The translations under genes were made by a program, and so were the position numbers. DNA of 64,000 bases from Candidatus Saccharimonadales bacterium (lineage in GTDB: Bacteria; Patescibacteriota; Saccharimonadia; Saccharimonadales; JAXHNE01), in NCBI GenBank assembly GCA_041600755.1, contig JBFIJL010000002.1, forward strand, positions 16,850 to 80,849. The letters run 5' to 3'. Positions within the stretch are counted from its first letter, which is position 1; the number at the start of each line of letters is the position of its first letter. The notes beneath the pieces are model-generated. The model did no database searches and had not been told where the DNA came from. It saw only the letters and a list, made by a program, of their open reading frames with translations. Below, in pieces: positions 32,004 through 42,287 of this stretch.

Positions 32004-33362
32004 ATGCCGCCAAACCAATCTCACATTCCACCGCAAAACGCCGAAGCAGAAGCTTCGCTTCTTGGCGCAGTATTGTTAGACCCAGAAGCGGTGGTAAAAA
32101 TTGCTGATCTAGTGCGAGCAGAAGATTTTTACGAGCAACGACACCAGCACATTTATACAGCCATTCGAACGTTATACGAACGTCACAGCCCGATTGACGT
32201 ACTAACATTGAGTGATGAACTGCGTGGGACTGGGTTTCTTGATATGGTCGGCGGGCCAGCCTACCTCACAGAACTTACTAACTTTGTGCCAACCGCTGCT
32301 CATGCCGAGCAATATGCAACAATCGTCGCTCAAAAAGCTACTCGACGACGACTCATTAAGGTGTCGCAAGACATTGCTGGGCTCGGCTATGACGAGAACA
32401 ACACGCTTCAGTCACTTATTGAATCAGCCGAATCAAAGCTATTTGAAGTTAGCCAAACTCATGTAAAGCAAGATGTTACAAGCCTAGAGACAATCTTGAG
32501 CGATAGTTTTGAGCGATTAGACGAACTACATAAAGACAAAGGCAAGATTCGGGGTGTGCCTACCGGCTTTCGCGATCTCGACAACATACTTGCGGGTCTA
32601 CAAAAGAGTGACCTATTTATTCTGGCTGCGCGACCTTCAATGGGAAAAACTGCTTTAGCCCTAAACCTTGCTCACAGTGTTGCAGTACAATCCAACCAAC
32701 CAGTGCTAATCTTTAGCTTAGAAATGAGTAAAGAGCAGCTAGTAGATCGCATGCTTTCTATGGAATCAGGAGTTGATGCCTGGGCGCTTCGAACAGGGAA
32801 TTTGTCTGACAGCGATTTTGAAAAAATTGGACAAGCCATGGGAACACTATCGGAAGCGCAGATATATATTGACGACACGCCGGGTATTACCGTCAGCGAA
32901 ATGAGAACCAAAGCCCGCCGTGAAGCACATCAACATCCACTAGGGCTTATAATAGTCGACTACTTGCAGTTGATGAGTGGTGGCGCACGATTCGGAGGTG
33001 ATGGAAATCGCGTTCAAGAGATATCAGAAATTTCACGTGGCCTCAAGGGAATTGCGCGTGAGCTTAATGTGCCACTAATTTCACTCAGTCAGTTAAGTCG
33101 TTCAGTGGAAAGCCGTAGCCCACAAATCCCGCAACTTTCTGACCTGCGTGAGTCTGGTTCGATTGAGCAGGATGCCGATGTTGTAGCATTTATCTATCGT
33201 GAAGATTACTACAACCCTGAATCAGATCGAAGAAATATTACAGACATTTTCATCAAAAAACATCGAAACGGACCAACCGGAGGTGTCGAACTGTACTTTG
33301 ATAAAGAAAAACAACGTTTCCGAAGTCTCGATACCAAGCATTCCACGCCATTTGAATCATAA
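32004..33362 (+). CDS. dnaB: Replicative DNA helicase
   Basis: PPQNAEAEASLLGAVLLDPE, ARPSMGKTALALN, IIVDYLQLM, and SQLSRSVESR motifs. Confidence 0.95.
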   Translation: MPPNQSHIPPQNAEAEASLLGAVLLDPEAVVKIADLVRAEDFYEQRHQHIYTAIRTLYERHSPIDVLTLSDELRGTGFLDMVGGPAYLTELTNFVPTAAHAEQYATIVAQKATRRRLIKVSQDIAGLGYDENNTLQSLIESAESKLFEVSQTHVKQDVTSLETILSDSFERLDELHKDKGKIRGVPTGFRDLDNILAGLQKSDLFILAARPSMGKTALALNLAHSVAVQSNQPVLIFSLEMSKEQLVDRMLSMESGVDAWALRTGNLSDSDFEKIGQAMGTLSEAQIYIDDTPGITVSEMRTKARREAHQHPLGLIIVDYLQLMSGGARFGGDGNRVQEISEISRGLKGIARELNVPLISLSQLSRSVESRSPQIPQLSDLRESGSIEQDADVVAFIYREDYYNPESDRRNITDIFIKKHRNGPTGGVELYFDKEKQRFRSLDTKHSTPFES

Positions 33363-33386
33363 TTCTGTATACTAGTGCTTATTGTG

Positions 33387-34583
33387 ATGAAGAAATTATT
33401 GAAGTGTCGATTTGCAAAAACTCTAAAGGAAGAGGCTCAGCCACTGTTTATTGGCGCAATCTTTTTGACTCTTCTGGGAGGGGCGCTTGGCTATAGCTCA
33501 CAAAAACTTGTCCCGTTTGTGCTTTCAGGAGAGATGAACTTCGTAGCACGATCTTTGTCTGAAGTGCTACAAAATCCTGTATTTTTTCATGTACAAGTTA
33601 TCCAAAAGCTGGTTCACGCCGCAACTGGTAACCTGCTGATCTCGGTTCGCACACCTGGGGTGATTACAGCACTCATATTTACTTTCTGCTATTTTACTAT
33701 TGTCCGAAACTGGTTCTCTAGGCGCATTGCGTGGCTGGCAACCGTGCTAATAGTTTCATCCTCCTGGTTCTTGCACATGACTGGCGTGAGCCTTCCCGAA
33801 GCATCGTATCTGCTGCTACTAGTGCCTTTTGTGTGCGGTATCTATATGCGCGCCAATCGTTATAGTGAACTTGCAACCTGGGGATTTACTACAGCCTGCA
33901 TTATGCTACTTTATGTGCCAGGAATGTCATGGTTTGTTGTGCCAGCCTTAATATGGCAGTGGAAACAACTCGTATTGTCAGTTAAGTCTTTATCTTTGCC
34001 TGGGAGAATCATTGGCGGCCTACTACTAATATCTGGGACTGCTCCTCTTGTTCTTGGTGCTATTCATGACACTTCACTACTTTTGACACTGCTGAATATT
34101 CCCAACGAAATCAGTAGCATTACATCAGCCCCATCAACGATGCTAAGTTCGGTTGGTATGCTGCTCTGGCGTAGTACAGATCTTCCAATTCTGGGCATTG
34201 CTAACCTACCAATCTTAAACGGAACAATGATTTTATTGTTCGTGCTGGGCATGTACCATATGTATCGCAAGAAAAATCTTGACCGGGCTAAATTACTTGT
34301 TGCATCTCTTGTCTTTGGCCTGATTGTTATTGGGCTGAGTGGAGCAAAAGTACCGATCAGCATCTTATTGCCTAGCGCCTCAATTGCTATCGCTGCTGGC
34401 CTTGCGTTACTTCTGCAACGCTGGCTTGTAGTGTTTCCAAAGAATCCATTTGCAAGACGACTCGCGTTGGCTTTTCTAATAACTACCGTAGTAGTGAGCG
34501 GCGTCTATGAAACTACTAGATATTTTATTGCATGGCCACATAGTGATGATTTTGCTCGTGTCGAAAAGACCGCCCAAGAATAA
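33387..34583 (+). CDS. Polytopic membrane protein (possibly an ArnT/PMT-like glycosyltransferase)
   Basis: At least 9 hydrophobic segments. The function call is weak. Start set at ATG 33387, downstream of a TATACT box (33368-33373). Confidence 0.55.
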   Translation: MKKLLKCRFAKTLKEEAQPLFIGAIFLTLLGGALGYSSQKLVPFVLSGEMNFVARSLSEVLQNPVFFHVQVIQKLVHAATGNLLISVRTPGVITALIFTFCYFTIVRNWFSRRIAWLATVLIVSSSWFLHMTGVSLPEASYLLLLVPFVCGIYMRANRYSELATWGFTTACIMLLYVPGMSWFVVPALIWQWKQLVLSVKSLSLPGRIIGGLLLISGTAPLVLGAIHDTSLLLTLLNIPNEISSITSAPSTMLSSVGMLLWRSTDLPILGIANLPILNGTMILLFVLGMYHMYRKKNLDRAKLLVASLVFGLIVIGLSGAKVPISILLPSASIAIAAGLALLLQRWLVVFPKNPFARRLALAFLITTVVVSGVYETTRYFIAWPHSDDFARVEKTAQE

Positions 34584-34631
34584 TCTTGTAAATTTTGATA
34601 CAATGTTACAGATATAATCAACGGAGATATT

Positions 34632-34925
34632 ATGAGTAAATTTGACCAAGCGAAAATGCTTTTGCAGGCTAAAAAACTTCAAAAAGAGTTAAAGAAAATG
34701 GAAATTGAAGTTGAGCAGGGTGAAGGCGCAGTAAAAGTTGTTATTACTGGCGAACAGAAAATCAAGAAAATCAGCATTGATCCAGAGTCAGTGGATCTTG
34801 ATGATATTAGTGAACTTGAGCGCTGGGTAGAAGACGCGGTCAAAGAAGCGATTGCCGAAAGCCAAAAGATTGCAGCCGAAAAAATGGCTCCAATGATGGG
34901 CATGCTCGGAAACCTTGGAATGTAG
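34632..34925 (+). CDS. ybaB: YbaB/EbfC nucleoid-associated protein
   Basis: Size, the KKLQKELKKM...GEGAVKVVITGEQKIKKISIDPE pattern, and its position between dnaX and recR. Confidence 0.85.
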   Translation: MSKFDQAKMLLQAKKLQKELKKMEIEVEQGEGAVKVVITGEQKIKKISIDPESVDLDDISELERWVEDAVKEAIAESQKIAAEKMAPMMGMLGNLGM

Positions 34926-34933
34926 CCAAGTAA

Positions 34934-35542
34934 ATGTCAGTTCTGCCGCAAGCCCTCCAGAAAACCATCGAAGCACTTGGATCTATGCCAGGAGTTGGGC
35001 CACGCACTGCTGAACGATATGCCTACCATTTACTGAGGGCACATCCATCAAAAGCTGCTGACATTGCTGAGCGACTATCTTCATTGCATGAAAGCATTGC
35101 CTATTGCCCAAAAACTTTTGCACTAATTTCCAAAGACTCTGATGTTTCGCCGCTGTATACCGACCCAGACCGCAACAAACAACTCATTGCAGTCGTTGCA
35201 GAACCATTCGATATAGTCGCACTTGAAAACGCTGGAGGATTCAAAGGTACATATCATGTGCTTGGAGGACTCGTATCGCCAATTGACGGGATTGGGCCCG
35301 AGCAACTACACATAAAAGAGCTTATTCATCGCATAAAGGAAGATGAAGTTACAGAGATAATTTTGGCAACCAATGCAAGCGTTGAGGGTGAGTCAACTGC
35401 ACTGTACATCCAACAACAGCTTACCGGCATGGACGTAAAGTTATCTCGATTGGCGAGAGGCTTGCCAGTTGGCATTGATCTTGAATATGCCGATCATATA
35501 ACCCTCAGTCGAGCACTCGAAGGACGGACGCTGCTACTATGA
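34934..35542 (+). CDS. recR: Recombination protein RecR (zinc-finger cysteines mostly absent)
   Basis: HhH GVGPRTAERYAYHLL and a Toprim region (VAEPFDIVALE...ILATNASVEGESTALYI). Confidence 0.9.
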   Translation: MSVLPQALQKTIEALGSMPGVGPRTAERYAYHLLRAHPSKAADIAERLSSLHESIAYCPKTFALISKDSDVSPLYTDPDRNKQLIAVVAEPFDIVALENAGGFKGTYHVLGGLVSPIDGIGPEQLHIKELIHRIKEDEVTEIILATNASVEGESTALYIQQQLTGMDVKLSRLARGLPVGIDLEYADHITLSRALEGRTLLL

Positions 35543-36546
35543 ATCAGGAATCTGCAAACACAATTAATGGTGCGATTAAAGCAGCAAATCATATCCTTGT
35601 CATTCAAGCTGACAATCCAGATGCCGACAGTCTAGGTTCAGCTTTAGCGCTAGAAGAGTTACTAGAAAATGCAGGCAAACGAACCACAATGTACTGCGGT
35701 GTTGATGTCCCAGGCTATTTACGCTACCTAGAGGGCTGGGATCGAGTTACATCTGAAGTTCCCAAGGACTTTGACCTCAGCATCATTGTTGATGCATCAA
35801 CCAGAACATTATTGCAAAAACTGAATGATGCAGGTGAGTTGTCAATTGTAGAATCCAAACCGCACATCGTAATAGACCACCATACAACCGTAAGTGAAAA
35901 TCTATCAAAGGCGCTAATAAGCGTAGTAGATCCCAACTCAGCATCGACTGGTCAGCTGCTTTTTGAACTTGCGAACCACCTAGAGTGGCCAGTCACTGCA
36001 CTCGCAGCAGAAGCTATCATGACTTCAATTCTCGGCGATACACAGGGCCTCAGCAATGATTTAACCAGCGCCACGACGTATCGGACCATGGCGGCATTAG
36101 TTGACGCGGGAGCAAATCGTCCCAAACTAGAGGAACTCCGACGCGAGCAATCCAAAATGCCGGCAATTATTACCAAATATAAGGGGCGGTTATTGCAACG
36201 AGCAACATTGAAGTCAGGTGGTCAAATTGCAAGCGTTACCATTCCAAATGATGAAATAATTCAATTCAGCCCACTCTATAATCCAGGACCTCTGGTACTT
36301 GGTGATTTACTACAGACCCAGGACGTGCAAGTGGCTGTCATCTTTAAAGTATACGATTCTGGGCGGGTTACGGGCTCTATACGCTGCAATAACGGCTCAG
36401 CGATTGCAAACACCCTTGCTGAGGCCTACGGAGGCGGTGGGCACCCTTATGCTGCAGGATTCAAAGTCAATAAGTCTCACGATCCATCGAAGCTGATAAA
36501 CGAAGTACTGGCAAGTGCAGAGGAGCTCTTACGACGTGAAGACTAG
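35539..36546 (+). CDS. DHH/DHHA1 phosphoesterase (NrnA-like)
   Basis: DADSLGS, VIDHHT, and GGGGHPYAAGF motifs. Confidence 0.8.
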   Translation: MNQESANTINGAIKAANHILVIQADNPDADSLGSALALEELLENAGKRTTMYCGVDVPGYLRYLEGWDRVTSEVPKDFDLSIIVDASTRTLLQKLNDAGELSIVESKPHIVIDHHTTVSENLSKALISVVDPNSASTGQLLFELANHLEWPVTALAAEAIMTSILGDTQGLSNDLTSATTYRTMAALVDAGANRPKLEELRREQSKMPAIITKYKGRLLQRATLKSGGQIASVTIPNDEIIQFSPLYNPGPLVLGDLLQTQDVQVAVIFKVYDSGRVTGSIRCNNGSAIANTLAEAYGGGGHPYAAGFKVNKSHDPSKLINEVLASAEELLRRED

Positions 36547-37915
36547 TATAAAACTCTATAATACGATGTCGCGCTCTGTTGAAGCTCTTACGCCTCAGCA
36601 AGCAAATACGGTAAGCCTCTATACCTGTGGCTTAACAGTGTATAGCCAGCCGCACATTGGCAATTGGGCTGCATACATTTATTGGGATGTCTTGGCTCGC
36701 ATGCTTGAAGCTAACGGACTGAAAGTCGCGAGGGTTCAAAATATAACTGATGTTGGACACCTAGTAAGTGATGGTGACGATGGAGAAGATAAGCTAGAAA
36801 AAGGCGCGAAGCTGGAAGGCCTAACAGCATGGCAAGTGGCTGATAAATATACGGCAATCGCTGAAAACGAAGCATACGATCTTCTAAAACTTAAAAAACC
36901 AACGCATATGCCGAAGGCAACTGATTATATTCAGCAACAAATTGAATTTGTGAGTGACCTAGAAACCAAAGGCTACACTTATGTGATAGAAGACGGAGTA
37001 TATTTCGACACAAGCAAGATTAAAGATTACGGAAAGTTAGCCAAACTGGATATTGACGGCCTGCGATCTGGCGCTCGAGTCAAAGACACTGGGAAAAAGA
37101 ACCCTACAGACTTTGCTCTTTGGAAGTTCTCACCAAAAGGAGTCATTAGAGATATGGAGTGGGAGAGCCCTTGGGGTGTTGGATTCCCGGGTTGGCACCT
37201 AGAATGCTCCGTCATGGCGGAAGCTTTGCTCGGTCAGACTATAGATATTCACACCGGAGGAATTGACCACATACCAATTCATCACACAAACGAGATAGCT
37301 CAATCTGAGGCTCATACCGGTAAACCATTTGCGAAGACCTGGCTACACAATAATCATTTAAAGATAAATGGAACAAAGGTAAGCAAAAGCCTAGGCAATA
37401 TCATTACGCTGCAGGACATTCAAGATAGAGGTTATTCATTGCAGGCTTACAAGCTCATGATTCTATCAAAACACTATCGAACAGAAGGCAACTTCACATG
37501 GAAGATTCTTGAAAGCTTTCAAACACGACTTAACAGCTGGCAAGCAACCGTAAATCTAATGCACCAGCTTGAATCATCAAAGGATACTTCAGCAACCAAC
37601 GAAATGCTTGAAGCACTATCAAACGATCTCAATACACCCCAAGTACTTGCATTAATCGACGAGTACTTTAACAAATTGCTAAATAATGAACATAAAGCCC
37701 CGAACGCCGAGGTTGTTTCATTTATCGAAACTAATTTAGGCATTTCGTTCGACAAAAATGATATTTCTTCTGATGTAAAAGAATTAATGAACAGACGAAA
37801 AAAGGCTCGCGACAATAAAGACTTTAGCGCCTCGGATGAATTACGCGATGAAATCAACGAACTAGGTTATGGCATCGGGGACAGCCCCTTAGGCCAAATC
37901 TGGTATAAAAAGTAA
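36515..37915 (+). CDS. cysS: Cysteine--tRNA ligase
   Basis: KLYNTMSR..., HIGNW (HIGH motif), WHLECS, KVSKS (KMSKS motif). The start may be GTG 36536. Confidence 0.9.
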   Translation: MQRSSYDVKTSIKLYNTMSRSVEALTPQQANTVSLYTCGLTVYSQPHIGNWAAYIYWDVLARMLEANGLKVARVQNITDVGHLVSDGDDGEDKLEKGAKLEGLTAWQVADKYTAIAENEAYDLLKLKKPTHMPKATDYIQQQIEFVSDLETKGYTYVIEDGVYFDTSKIKDYGKLAKLDIDGLRSGARVKDTGKKNPTDFALWKFSPKGVIRDMEWESPWGVGFPGWHLECSVMAEALLGQTIDIHTGGIDHIPIHHTNEIAQSEAHTGKPFAKTWLHNNHLKINGTKVSKSLGNIITLQDIQDRGYSLQAYKLMILSKHYRTEGNFTWKILESFQTRLNSWQATVNLMHQLESSKDTSATNEMLEALSNDLNTPQVLALIDEYFNKLLNNEHKAPNAEVVSFIETNLGISFDKNDISSDVKELMNRRKKARDNKDFSASDELRDEINELGYGIGDSPLGQIWYKK

Positions 37916-37930
37916 CTGAAACGAAGCTTT

Positions 37931-39001
37931 TTATTTACTATTGTCTACTGGATAGCGGTCGAGTAACCACACTCTTAGACAGCCGGCGAACGGTATGGCC
38001 GCAAGAGCGCCAAGCAGTCCACCAACCCCCGCACCGATTATCGCTGCAACAAACACAATAAGGGGTGTTAGCTCATTCGATTTGGATTGTATATAAGGCT
38101 GAAGTGTTGCGTTCTCGACTTGCTGGTAAATAATGAAAAACACCGCCATTATGATTGCCAATGTTGTCGAGCTGAATAGAGAGAACAGAACAACAAGCGA
38201 AGCTGCCAATATGTTTCCAATTAGTGGTATTAGTCCAAAAATAAACACAATTCCAGTTAGTGCGATTATGTTGATCGTTGCATCAGTCAGCGAGCTAGCA
38301 ATCAGTAGAACTAACATTGCAAAACCAGCTGCAATGCTGGCGATTAACACCTGTCCATTAACATACGCTGTAACCACGTTGTACATTTTTTTGATCATTA
38401 TTTTCTTCTTTTTGCGTTCACTGGCTGGGACGTACCTAAGGGCTTTATCGATAAGTGAGGGCCCTTCAACTAACATCATAAAAGTAAGTACGAGGACAGT
38501 TATGAAAGAAATTAATGTCCCGCCGACTCGACTGGCAGTATCCAATGCTCCTTGAGCTCCACCAAACCTATCCACCAAATCATCAGCTGCGGACGTTAGC
38601 TGCTCGTCCAGGTTATTTGATCTAACAAACCTTGCAATCGCAGTGTCCTGACTCTGGAAGCTTTCAACACTAGATGGAATGTTTTTTACAAATCTTGACG
38701 TCTGACTTACTAACGGAGGGACGATTAAGGCCATGAATGCCATTAATGTCGATATAACTACTACGTAAGCGAGCCCAACTGCACGCACGCGACTTTTAAT
38801 TTTTAGTCTATTGAGAATGCCGGATACAGCAGGGTTGAGAGCCAGAGCTAAAAATGCAGAAACACCAATTAGGCGTAGTTGATGAGTAATTGAAAATATA
38901 AACTGCAGCAGTATGAATGCCGCAACCGTATAGACAATACTACGAACGATTGTGTCAGAGCTTATTGATATTGTCGTGTCAGATTTTTTGTATAGTTTCA
39001 T
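37931..39001 (-). CDS. AI-2E/PerM-family transporter
   Basis: ~8 TM segments with the family's typical topology and size (356 aa). Confidence 0.75.
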   Translation of the reverse strand: MKLYKKSDTTISISSDTIVRSIVYTVAAFILLQFIFSITHQLRLIGVSAFLALALNPAVSGILNRLKIKSRVRAVGLAYVVVISTLMAFMALIVPPLVSQTSRFVKNIPSSVESFQSQDTAIARFVRSNNLDEQLTSAADDLVDRFGGAQGALDTASRVGGTLISFITVLVLTFMMLVEGPSLIDKALRYVPASERKKKKIMIKKMYNVVTAYVNGQVLIASIAAGFAMLVLLIASSLTDATINIIALTGIVFIFGLIPLIGNILAASLVVLFSLFSSTTLAIIMAVFFIIYQQVENATLQPYIQSKSNELTPLIVFVAAIIGAGVGGLLGALAAIPFAGCLRVWLLDRYPVDNSK

Positions 39002-39028
39002 AAATAGTACCTCTTGTTCTTTAGTATG

Positions 39029-40162
39029 CTAATCTTTCTTAACTTTTGCAATTGCTTCTTCGTAGACAGACATCACTTTAGATGAAACTTGCGATATATC
39101 GAACTGCAGTACATGCTTCTGCTGCCATTTCTGAGCATGAGCTCTAGCTTTAGGATTTTGAATAAAATGTAACATTTGAGCTGCAAACACCGCTGTATTA
39201 TGCGGCTCAACAAGCTGCTGTTCATTGTCGTTCATAACACTCCTGTAGCCTGGGTTGTCGCCAGCAAGCACAACAGGCGCACCAGCGGCCATTGCCTCAA
39301 TTAAAACAATCCCAAAGCTCTCGCCACCAGTGCTTGGAAATACTGCAATATCAGCTGATTGAAGCCTATTAATCTTGTCTTGCTCGCTCACTCTTCCATA
39401 GAAAGTTACAACTGAATGCAATTTATGAAACTTTACATATTGTTCAAGCAATGTTCGCTGCACACCATCGCCACAAATACTAACCCGAACATTACCAAGA
39501 TGGCCACGCTCATTTAGCCATACCAATGACTGCAGTAGCTCATGGCAACCTTTACGGGCCACGAGCCGCCCCACAAATAGAATATGAATGACATCGGCGG
39601 TGATTTCTTTAAGCTTATTGGGTTTGTATGTATGAATATCTACGGGGTTTGGTACCACTTTTGCTGGCATTGTAAATGTTGATTCAGCACATACTTTTGC
39701 CGGAGCCGATACGGCCATTATCTTCGCAATATTGACCTTGGAGCGTGTCAAAATTTTCCCCAATAATTTAATACTGAACGCTTCAAATCTACTTGCGGGC
39801 AAAATGTGAAAAGTCCCAACAACCGGCAAGCGCATTCGGCCTGCCTGTCCTAGCACCCTTCCAGCCATAAACGGACTATATGGCATTTGCACATGAAGTA
39901 CGTCAAATGATTCGCGAACAAGTAGGCTTCTTATTTTTCTCTTAGAAGCGGGCAAGGGAGTTGATAAAGTGTTTTTATTAAAACCAACTTTAATATTGCG
40001 GCTCAAACTATGTACATGCGAGATGTCTGAACGCTTAGACTGACCAACCAAATAGTGAACTTCGTGACCTTTTTTTGTAAATTGTGCACCGAGAGCAAGA
40101 ATGCATTGCTGCACACCATCCGTTGAGTCAAGCGTATCATCAAATACAAAACCTATCTTCAT
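39029..40162 (-). CDS. Family 4 (GT-B) glycosyltransferase
   Basis: C-terminal FPSTGGESFGIVLIEAMAAGAPVV (E-x7-E region). Confidence 0.8.
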   Translation of the reverse strand: MKIGFVFDDTLDSTDGVQQCILALGAQFTKKGHEVHYLVGQSKRSDISHVHSLSRNIKVGFNKNTLSTPLPASKRKIRSLLVRESFDVLHVQMPYSPFMAGRVLGQAGRMRLPVVGTFHILPASRFEAFSIKLLGKILTRSKVNIAKIMAVSAPAKVCAESTFTMPAKVVPNPVDIHTYKPNKLKEITADVIHILFVGRLVARKGCHELLQSLVWLNERGHLGNVRVSICGDGVQRTLLEQYVKFHKLHSVVTFYGRVSEQDKINRLQSADIAVFPSTGGESFGIVLIEAMAAGAPVVLAGDNPGYRSVMNDNEQQLVEPHNTAVFAAQMLHFIQNPKARAHAQKWQQKHVLQFDISQVSSKVMSVYEEAIAKVKKD

Positions 40163-41283
40163 GTCTGTAGCAGTCGCCTGTAATATGCTTCGTAGGCCTC
40201 AACAACCACATCGTAATCATACTGCTGCACGTAAGTGGTCGCCCAGTCTACCCAAGTATTTCGCATTCTTTCGTCATGCAACAAAAGGTGAAGTTGGCGA
40301 GAAAAAGCTAACTCATCTTTTGGATTCACTATCGAAGTTGCGCCAAAGTCACGCATCACACCACTGTATCCTGGGTTGTCGCCGGCCACAACTGGTAATC
40401 CATAAACCATAGCCTCCAATAAAACGATGCCAAAACTTTCACCGTACAGGGCAGGCGAACAGAAGACGCCAGAAGTTTTTAGCAAGCTAGCCTTTTGTTC
40501 GTCACTGATATAACCCAAAAATTCAACACTTTTAGTGACGCCTAGCTGTGCTGCGAGGAGTTCCAATTTTGCTCTGTCTGGGCCATCTCCAGCAATTATG
40601 AGTTTAGTCTCGGGGCTATTCGACAAGAGTGACGCGAACGCACGGATTAAATACTTAACTCCCTTGCGTCTTTCCAGCCGTCCAATATACAGAATTGAGT
40701 TGTCACGGGATGATACTTTAGGAATTTTGACCTTCGGAATATGGATTCCGTTTGGAATAATCGTAATATGCTCGTCTGAAAGACTTGCAACATACTCTGC
40801 TGCCGCATTTGAAACTGCAGTAAAACCATCCAAATAATTCATAATTGATCGTGTGTACGGTGTAATTACTTTTTCAATAGTCTTAGCCATCATCGTATCT
40901 GGCAATTTGGCATGAAATGTAGCTACATTTTTTGCCGATGAACGAGATAATATTTGCCTGCTCACGATTGGAACCCACGGCTCGTGGAAATGAATTATAT
41001 CGAATTTCTCACGCTCCAAAACCTCTTCCAGGGTCCTAGTGTTCAGACTAACTGAAATCTGACCAACAGTAGCAAATGGAGATTTAATATCTCGCGCACG
41101 ACCCACATATATAACGTCTTCTTCGTGGGCAAAATCTTTTTGGCGGGGAACGGGCGTAATGATTTTGACCTGATGACCTTTTGCCGCAAGCCCACGCTGC
41201 AAGGCACGTACACATTCCTGCACGCCACCACCTTTTGCCATATTATAAGGGCAAACCAGACCAATGCTCATCTGTTTTTTCAT
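40159..41283 (-). CDS. Family 4 (GT-B) glycosyltransferase
   Basis: PALYGESFGIVLLEAMVYGLPVV motif. 4-nt overlap with the downstream GT gene. Confidence 0.8.
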   Translation of the reverse strand: MKKQMSIGLVCPYNMAKGGGVQECVRALQRGLAAKGHQVKIITPVPRQKDFAHEEDVIYVGRARDIKSPFATVGQISVSLNTRTLEEVLEREKFDIIHFHEPWVPIVSRQILSRSSAKNVATFHAKLPDTMMAKTIEKVITPYTRSIMNYLDGFTAVSNAAAEYVASLSDEHITIIPNGIHIPKVKIPKVSSRDNSILYIGRLERRKGVKYLIRAFASLLSNSPETKLIIAGDGPDRAKLELLAAQLGVTKSVEFLGYISDEQKASLLKTSGVFCSPALYGESFGIVLLEAMVYGLPVVAGDNPGYSGVMRDFGATSIVNPKDELAFSRQLHLLLHDERMRNTWVDWATTYVQQYDYDVVVEAYEAYYRRLLQT

Positions 41284-41304
41284 ACTTAGTCCTAGTATAA
41301 CAGG

Positions 41305-42234
41305 CTATGCTTTAGACAGCACGCGACGAATTTTTGCAGGAATAAACTGTTCGGCTTCTTTTGCATCTGCAATGACTGACGGAGCATGTGCCTGCATAGT
41401 TGTAGGTACGACTGTCACCTTTTCATAAATTACCTTCAAATGCTGTTCGACAACGTCATTGTTGAAATATCTATCGTTAGCAACAGCAATATGGTAAACG
41501 TTTGATGGAACTCGCTGGTTACATAAATCAACTGTCAGCATTTGAGTACCGGTGTACATATAAGTCTGAACGTCGTTGCACTGCCACAGCTTTATTTCAA
41601 AATCTACACGTCGTTTCACTTCCAATTTATCAGCATCCTTTAGTTTTGAATGTGATTTTTCAACTATCCTATAAGCCAAACGAATAAGTGGAGCCTGTAA
41701 AATAACATGTCGGACGAATCGTGCTGGCAATTTATGAGAGAATATCGTACCTGTACTGCGGAGCGCCCAATAATTCTTTCGTTTGAACTTAAAGTCTTCA
41801 TGGTGGGCAAATCCAACAATGCTCACAACAAGATCGACCTTTTTGGCAACCTCTGGGTGTCGTTGTAGCATGCGAGTCACAACCAAGAAACCAAAACTCA
41901 TACCAGCGATAGTAACTCGACGTCGCTTGTAGCGCAGCTTAACAAATGCAGCAAGATAGTCAGCCATGTTGTCCAGTGTTGGCTTTTCTCCAATGCTGTA
42001 AAAAGTATCCATGCCCCCAAACCCAGGCAGATCTGGCATAGTCACTGTACCGTATTTACTAAGGTATGCGGCCAGTCCGTACATTCTCTCAAGACTGCAA
42101 TGGTGACCATAAACAAGTAGAATCTGTCTTTTTTTGGATCCTGAAGGCGGCATGTGTAGCATGCGACCACGCAAACCGTCCATGTTTAATGGCATTATAA
42201 ATTTATCAGCAGGACTTTTTACTTTTTTCTTCAT
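41305..42234 (-). CDS. Alpha/beta hydrolase
   Basis: Nucleophile elbow GMSFG and an HG-type N-terminal LLVYGHH. Confidence 0.6.
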   Translation of the reverse strand: MKKKVKSPADKFIMPLNMDGLRGRMLHMPPSGSKKRQILLVYGHHCSLERMYGLAAYLSKYGTVTMPDLPGFGGMDTFYSIGEKPTLDNMADYLAAFVKLRYKRRRVTIAGMSFGFLVVTRMLQRHPEVAKKVDLVVSIVGFAHHEDFKFKRKNYWALRSTGTIFSHKLPARFVRHVILQAPLIRLAYRIVEKSHSKLKDADKLEVKRRVDFEIKLWQCNDVQTYMYTGTQMLTVDLCNQRVPSNVYHIAVANDRYFNNDVVEQHLKVIYEKVTVVPTTMQAHAPSVIADAKEAEQFIPAKIRRVLSKA

Positions 42235-42287
42235 AGGTTATCAATACTTTACGGTGCGAGCATCAAACAGGCAAGCGTAAGCAAGGA

